A stretch of 64,000 nucleotides of DNA from Dehalococcoidia bacterium. Lineage in GTDB: Bacteria; Chloroflexota; Dehalococcoidia; UBA2979. This document shows positions 60,441 to 64,000 of this stretch, in pieces. The stretch is taken from NCBI GenBank assembly GCA_046328255.1, contig JAXLWY010000003.1, positions 64,398 to 128,397 of the forward strand, in the 5' to 3' direction. The notes beneath the pieces were generated by a model. It ran no database searches. It saw only the letters and a list, made by a program, of their open reading frames with translations, and had not been told where the DNA came from. The position numbers were made by a program, and so were the translations under genes. Each line of letters opens with the position of its first letter. Within the stretch, counting starts at the first letter, position 1.

Positions 60441-60476
60441 CCCTCGAGGTCCGGGTGGACGGCCGAGGGCGTCGGG

Positions 60477-61067
60477 CTAGCGCGCCTCCGCCTCGTGCTC
60501 GTGGCGCATGTGCTGGTATTCGGACACGTCCTGACTCAGTACCACGAGGTCGTACGTCTTGCCGTCACGGTCCTTGACGTGGTTCCGCAGCCGCGCCTCC
60601 TCTTCGAAGCCGAGGCGGTAGAAGGTGCTGATCGCACCCTCCTGGTCGACGGTCATCTGCGCCATCATCTTCTCGACACCCATGTCGACCGCGACCCGGA
60701 ACGCCGCGGTGATCAGCAGCCGCCCGAGGCCGCCACGCCGGTACTGCTCGGCGACGAGCACACGCAGTTCCGCCACGTGCGCCATCCAGCGAGGGCCGCT
60801 CCTCGCGACCGCCGAGTACCCCACGATCGCGTCCCCATCGAGGGCAACGATCGTCGCGCTCTGGCCCGCCTCGATGTCATCGATCCACTCGGCCACCTCC
60901 TCGGGGCGCGTGATATCACGCCGCAGGAAGAGCAGGTCGCTGGTGGGGAGGGCGCGCGCGAACGCGAGCATGCGCTGGGCGTCGAGGGCCGTCATCAGGC
61001 GCAGCGTGAGCGAGTGCTCGCCCACCTCGACGGTCTGGGGGAGGTGCACTGGGTTGAGCTGCGGCAT
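60477..61067 (-). CDS. GNAT-family N-acetyltransferase.
   Basis: 196 aa with motif A (QYRRGGLGRLL). Confidence 0.75.
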   Translation of the reverse strand: MPQLNPVHLPQTVEVGEHSLTLRLMTALDAQRMLAFARALPTSDLLFLRRDITRPEEVAEWIDDIEAGQSATIVALDGDAIVGYSAVARSGPRWMAHVAELRVLVAEQYRRGGLGRLLITAAFRVAVDMGVEKMMAQMTVDQEGAISTFYRLGFEEEARLRNHVKDRDGKTYDLVVLSQDVSEYQHMRHEHEAEAR

Positions 61068-61212
61068 GAAAAGACCCTCTCCCGCTACATCGAGGCTGCG
61101 ATGGTAGCGGGAGAGGGTTCGTTCCGCCCGATACGCTCACCCTTTCGAGGAGCGCGCGTGGGGTGGAGGTCTGTCGGGCTCTAGACGAGCCTGCCCGTAT
61201 TCGCTTCAGGCT

Positions 61213-61626
61213 CTACACGAGCCTGAAGACCGGGATCGGGTACTCGCCCGTGTCCTGCTTCTCGAAGTCGACCTTCACTCGGGCGTCGCACGCGACGTCC
61301 TTGGTCGGGTCGGCGACGCCGACGACGTTGCTCAGCATCCGGAAGCCCTCGTCGAGGTCGATCCATGCGAGGACGTACGCGCCGAGCGGTGCGAAGGCGG
61401 GGTTCCGGTTCTGGCGCACCACCGTGTAGGTGTACACCTTGCCCTCGCCCTTGGAGTCCTTCCACGCGAGGTTGCTGGAGCCGCAGCTCGTGCACAGGAT
61501 GCGAGGGGTGAACACCACCGTGCTGCAGTCGGCGCACTGCTGATAGGTCAGCTTGCCTTCCTTGACTGCGTTCCAGTAGCGCTCGGTGTTCGGCTCCGGG
61601 AATCGCGGCTGAGGCCGGTCTGGCAT
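61213..61626 (-). CDS. DUF35 Zn-ribbon/OB-fold protein, partner of the SCP-x-type thiolase.
   Basis: 137 aa from the MPDRPQP ATG. GGGAGG ribosome-binding site. Motifs CADCSTVVFTPRILCTSCGS... Confidence 0.7.
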   Translation of the reverse strand: MPDRPQPRFPEPNTERYWNAVKEGKLTYQQCADCSTVVFTPRILCTSCGSSNLAWKDSKGEGKVYTYTVVRQNRNPAFAPLGAYVLAWIDLDEGFRMLSNVVGVADPTKDVACDARVKVDFEKQDTGEYPIPVFRLV

Positions 61627-61663
61627 GTTCGTGTTCCTCCCAGTCCGTAGCGGGTCGTCTCGG

Positions 61664-62857
61664 CTAGTCGGCGGCCAGGATGACGCTGCCGCCGGCGTGC
61701 GTGCCGCCGAGGGCGCCACCGTTGCCGTGCGCAATCGCCAGCCGCGCGTTCGCAACCTGTGAGGTCGACTCGCCGCGGAGCTGCCGCACCGACTCGAACA
61801 GCAGGAAGATGCCGCGCATGCCGGGGTGGTTGCTCGAAAGTCCGCCGCCGTCGGTGTTGAGCGTCGGCTTGAGCGCAGTGTCGAAGCGGAACCGGCCGTT
61901 CTTGGCCAGGTCCTTGTACTCACCCTTCTTGCAGAACCCGAGATCCTCGAGGATCGTCGCCACCGTGATCGTGAACGAGTCGTAGATCATCGCGATGTCG
62001 ATCTCGGCCGGCGTGATCTCCGCCTCCGCGAACGCGATCGGGCCGCCCTGCGCCGCTGCGCTGGTGGTGATGTCCCCGCCGTTCTCGCGGTACTTGATCG
62101 CCTCGCCGGTCCCGATGATCCACGCGGGCTTCTTCTTCGTGCCCCGCGCCACATCGCGGCTGGCGATGATCACCGCGCCGCCGCCGTCGGACTGCATGCA
62201 GCACTCGAGGAGGTGCAGCGGGTCCGAGATCATGCGCGAGTCGATGACGTCCTGCACGGTAATCTCGCCCGTGCCCATGAACTGGAGGTCGGTCATGGCC
62301 TTGACCGCCTCGGGGTTGCGCGTGGCGTGGAGGCGAGTCGAGACGGAGATCTCGGCGAGGTCCGCCGTCGTGGTGCCGTACTCGTGCATGTGGCGGTGGG
62401 CGACCAGCGCGTAGTTCCCGACGGTGATCATGCCGTACGGGTCTTCCATGTTGCCCTGCCAGTTCGGCAGGCCCTGGCCCGTGGCGCCGCCGGTGCCGAT
62501 CGCGCGGCGGCTCGAGGCCGCGGTCGAGCCGTAGGTCAGGACGGCGACGTTTGCCTTGCCTGCCGCGATGTCGCGGAAGGCGTGCGCGGTCTGGAACTCG
62601 TAGGACGAGCCACCTACCTGAGTCGTGTCGATGACGGTGGGCTTCAGGCCGAGGTACGGGGCCATGCCGAGGCCGCCGCCGCCCTCACCATCGTTGGTGT
62701 CGTACACCGCGTCGATGTCGGACCACTTGAGGCCCGCGTCGTCGAGCGCCGCCTTGATCGACTCGACCTTGATCTGCATCGCGGAGCGCCCCGGGGCGAC
62801 GCGCAGCGGGTACTCGTGGATACCGACGATGGCGGCGTCGCGCCGCTGACTTGCCAT
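61664..62857 (-). CDS. Thiolase-like (SCP-x/lipid-transfer-type) acyl-CoA acetyltransferase-like protein.
   Basis: 397 aa thiolase fold. Operonic with the DUF35 gene. Confidence 0.75.
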   Translation of the reverse strand: MASQRRDAAIVGIHEYPLRVAPGRSAMQIKVESIKAALDDAGLKWSDIDAVYDTNDGEGGGGLGMAPYLGLKPTVIDTTQVGGSSYEFQTAHAFRDIAAGKANVAVLTYGSTAASSRRAIGTGGATGQGLPNWQGNMEDPYGMITVGNYALVAHRHMHEYGTTTADLAEISVSTRLHATRNPEAVKAMTDLQFMGTGEITVQDVIDSRMISDPLHLLECCMQSDGGGAVIIASRDVARGTKKKPAWIIGTGEAIKYRENGGDITTSAAAQGGPIAFAEAEITPAEIDIAMIYDSFTITVATILEDLGFCKKGEYKDLAKNGRFRFDTALKPTLNTDGGGLSSNHPGMRGIFLLFESVRQLRGESTSQVANARLAIAHGNGGALGGTHAGGSVILAAD

Positions 62858-62964
62858 GTGTCCCCTCCATCACGATGACGTTGGCGGCGCGCATCATTCA
62901 GCCTCACTGCGAGGCTGTCAACGCCGGACGTGTTCAGATCGAGTCTGACGGACGGCCGAGGGAG

Positions 62965-63573
62965 CTACCGCGCATCCTCCGGGAGCAACGGGTCGGCGAG
63001 CCGCACGGACAACCCGTAGCCGACCGTGCAGATGTCGCCGTTCGACTTCGTGACGACGAGCTGAGCGGTCCCGCTCGCCTTCGTGAAGTCCTCGTTGAGC
63101 TGCAGCACCGAGGTGGATCGCATCGTCAGCGCCCCGGCGGTGTTCGGCGAAGAGTCGAGTCGGACATCGTGCGACTCCGGGTTCAGCTCCCCCGTGAGCC
63201 GTGCTCCCGACTCGTACTGCGCCACGAGCTCGAACGAGCTTGGCCCACGCCGAGTCGCCGTCCACGTGCCCTGTCCGGTGATGGGCGTGACGGTGCGTGC
63301 CTGCGGCACGCCGTCGCACGATCCCGCCGTACCCGTCTGCGTGTTCTCGAAACTCACCGCCGACGTGAACGGACCGACCGAGGTCGCGGTCGGAAGGCCG
63401 GCATGGGCCGTGGCTTCGCGCGACGGCGCGCGCTGTCCGCACGCGGCGACGAGGGCAATCGCAAGCGCTCCGAGCGCGAGCCCGCGGACGGCCCACCCGC
63501 CCGACCTCGATGGTGCTTGGTGCGCGCCGCGTGCCGCGAGCCGTGCACCTCGTGTCCCCCGTGTACCGCGCAC
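62965..63573 (-). CDS. Hypothetical lipoprotein.
   Basis: ...GLALGALAIALVAACG lipobox. Start taken at the in-frame GTG 63573; the ORF track runs further upstream through Arg-rich sequence. Confidence 0.45.
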   Translation of the reverse strand: MRGTRGTRGARLAARGAHQAPSRSGGWAVRGLALGALAIALVAACGQRAPSREATAHAGLPTATSVGPFTSAVSFENTQTGTAGSCDGVPQARTVTPITGQGTWTATRRGPSSFELVAQYESGARLTGELNPESHDVRLDSSPNTAGALTMRSTSVLQLNEDFTKASGTAQLVVTKSNGDICTVGYGLSVRLADPLLPEDAR

Positions 63574-63577
63574 GGCG

Positions 63578-64000
63578 CTACCGCCGACGTCGCTTCTCGG
63601 GAGCAACGCCACGCCACGTGCACTTGCACCACCCGAGCTCGCACTCGGGGTTCGGGATCGGCGCGTCCTCGATGGCGCGCGCGAACGAGAACTCCTCGCC
63701 ATCGAGCTCGGCGCATGTCGGGCAGCAGCGCTTCCCCTCGACGGCCACGCGCGCGTGGTGCTTGCGCTTCTGGATATCGAGGACCGCCGCGCTGTGGGCG
63801 AGGCGTAACGACTCGCGGTAGTCCGCGTCCGGCTCATGCTCGAACAGGAACCGCGCCTGCGCGAGGTAGACCAGCCCCGCGCCGTCCCAGTCGCGCGCGC
63901 GCGTGTAGCGCTCGATCGCGCGCGTCGTGAGCGCCCACAGCACGTCCCCCGGCGACGCCGCACCGCCCGACTGCTCGCGCAGCAGGCGCTCTTCGCGTGC
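63578..64000 (-). CDS. Cys-rich hypothetical protein; the 5' end is probably beyond the window.
   Basis: ...CCPTCAELDG...CELGWCKC. The frame stays open to the window edge. Confidence 0.4.
   Translation of the reverse strand, partial: AREERLLREQSGGAASPGDVLWALTTRAIERYTRARDWDGAGLVYLAQARFLFEHEPDADYRESLRLAHSAAVLDIQKRKHHARVAVEGKRCCPTCAELDGEEFSFARAIEDAPIPNPECELGWCKCTWRGVAPEKRRRR

Noticed and set aside
1-64000. Candidate CRISPR arrays, tRNA or rRNA genes, and integrase or transposase genes.
   Set aside because: No regularly spaced direct repeats, no cloverleaf-like segments found by eye, and no recombinase-like ORF. The only repeats are the 36-nt pair, the 18-bp tandem and the inverted-repeat-flanked element.

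Overview
A 64 kb, ~70% GC chromosomal segment, most likely from an Actinomycetota-type genome. Evidence for that placement: a GlnR-box array upstream of an amtB-glnK-glnD operon, an F420-type luciferase-like monooxygenase, a mycothiol-type DinB protein, and a contiguous menaquinone cluster menF-menD-menH-menB-menA-menC. The window is housekeeping and metabolic. It has no rRNA, tRNA or CRISPR, and no transposase or integrase gene. Identifiable genes include CoA-transferases, ogt, an HpcH aldolase, Ldh2, an orphan Dam methylase, ccr plus a malyl-CoA-lyase-like CitE, a 7Fe ferredoxin, RNase D, an FMN lactate-DH-like enzyme, HU, a rhomboid protease, an ECF sigma/anti-sigma pair, an MFS transporter, a thiolase/DUF35 pair, and several lipoproteins including a matrixin-like metzincin.

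Four observations stand out. (1) A DsbA/FrnE-family gene has an in-frame TGA exactly at the first Cys of its CxxC motif (SDFI-TGA-PWCY), with a hairpin 14 nt downstream; it is a candidate UxxC selenoprotein. (2) A yybP-ykoY-like Mn2+ riboswitch signature (GGGGAGUAG, GACAU) sits in the leader of a UPF0016/GDT1 Mn-exporter homologue, next to a disrupted NRAMP/mntH gene. (3) Six 5-mers at exact 11-bp spacing (GlnR-box architecture) lie upstream of amtB. (4) There are at least 30 single-base frameshifts in patchy clusters. The affected genes are glnD (4), mntH and acs (dense), a phosphotriesterase-family gene, menD, vapB, an epimerase, an ankyrin gene, a HAD hydrolase and a membrane protein. Local indel error at G/C runs is the more likely cause than true pseudogenisation, but the sequence alone cannot decide.

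Also present: a VapBC module, two copies of a 36-nt repeat, an inverted-repeat-flanked low-GC intergenic element, and orphaned ABC-transporter components.
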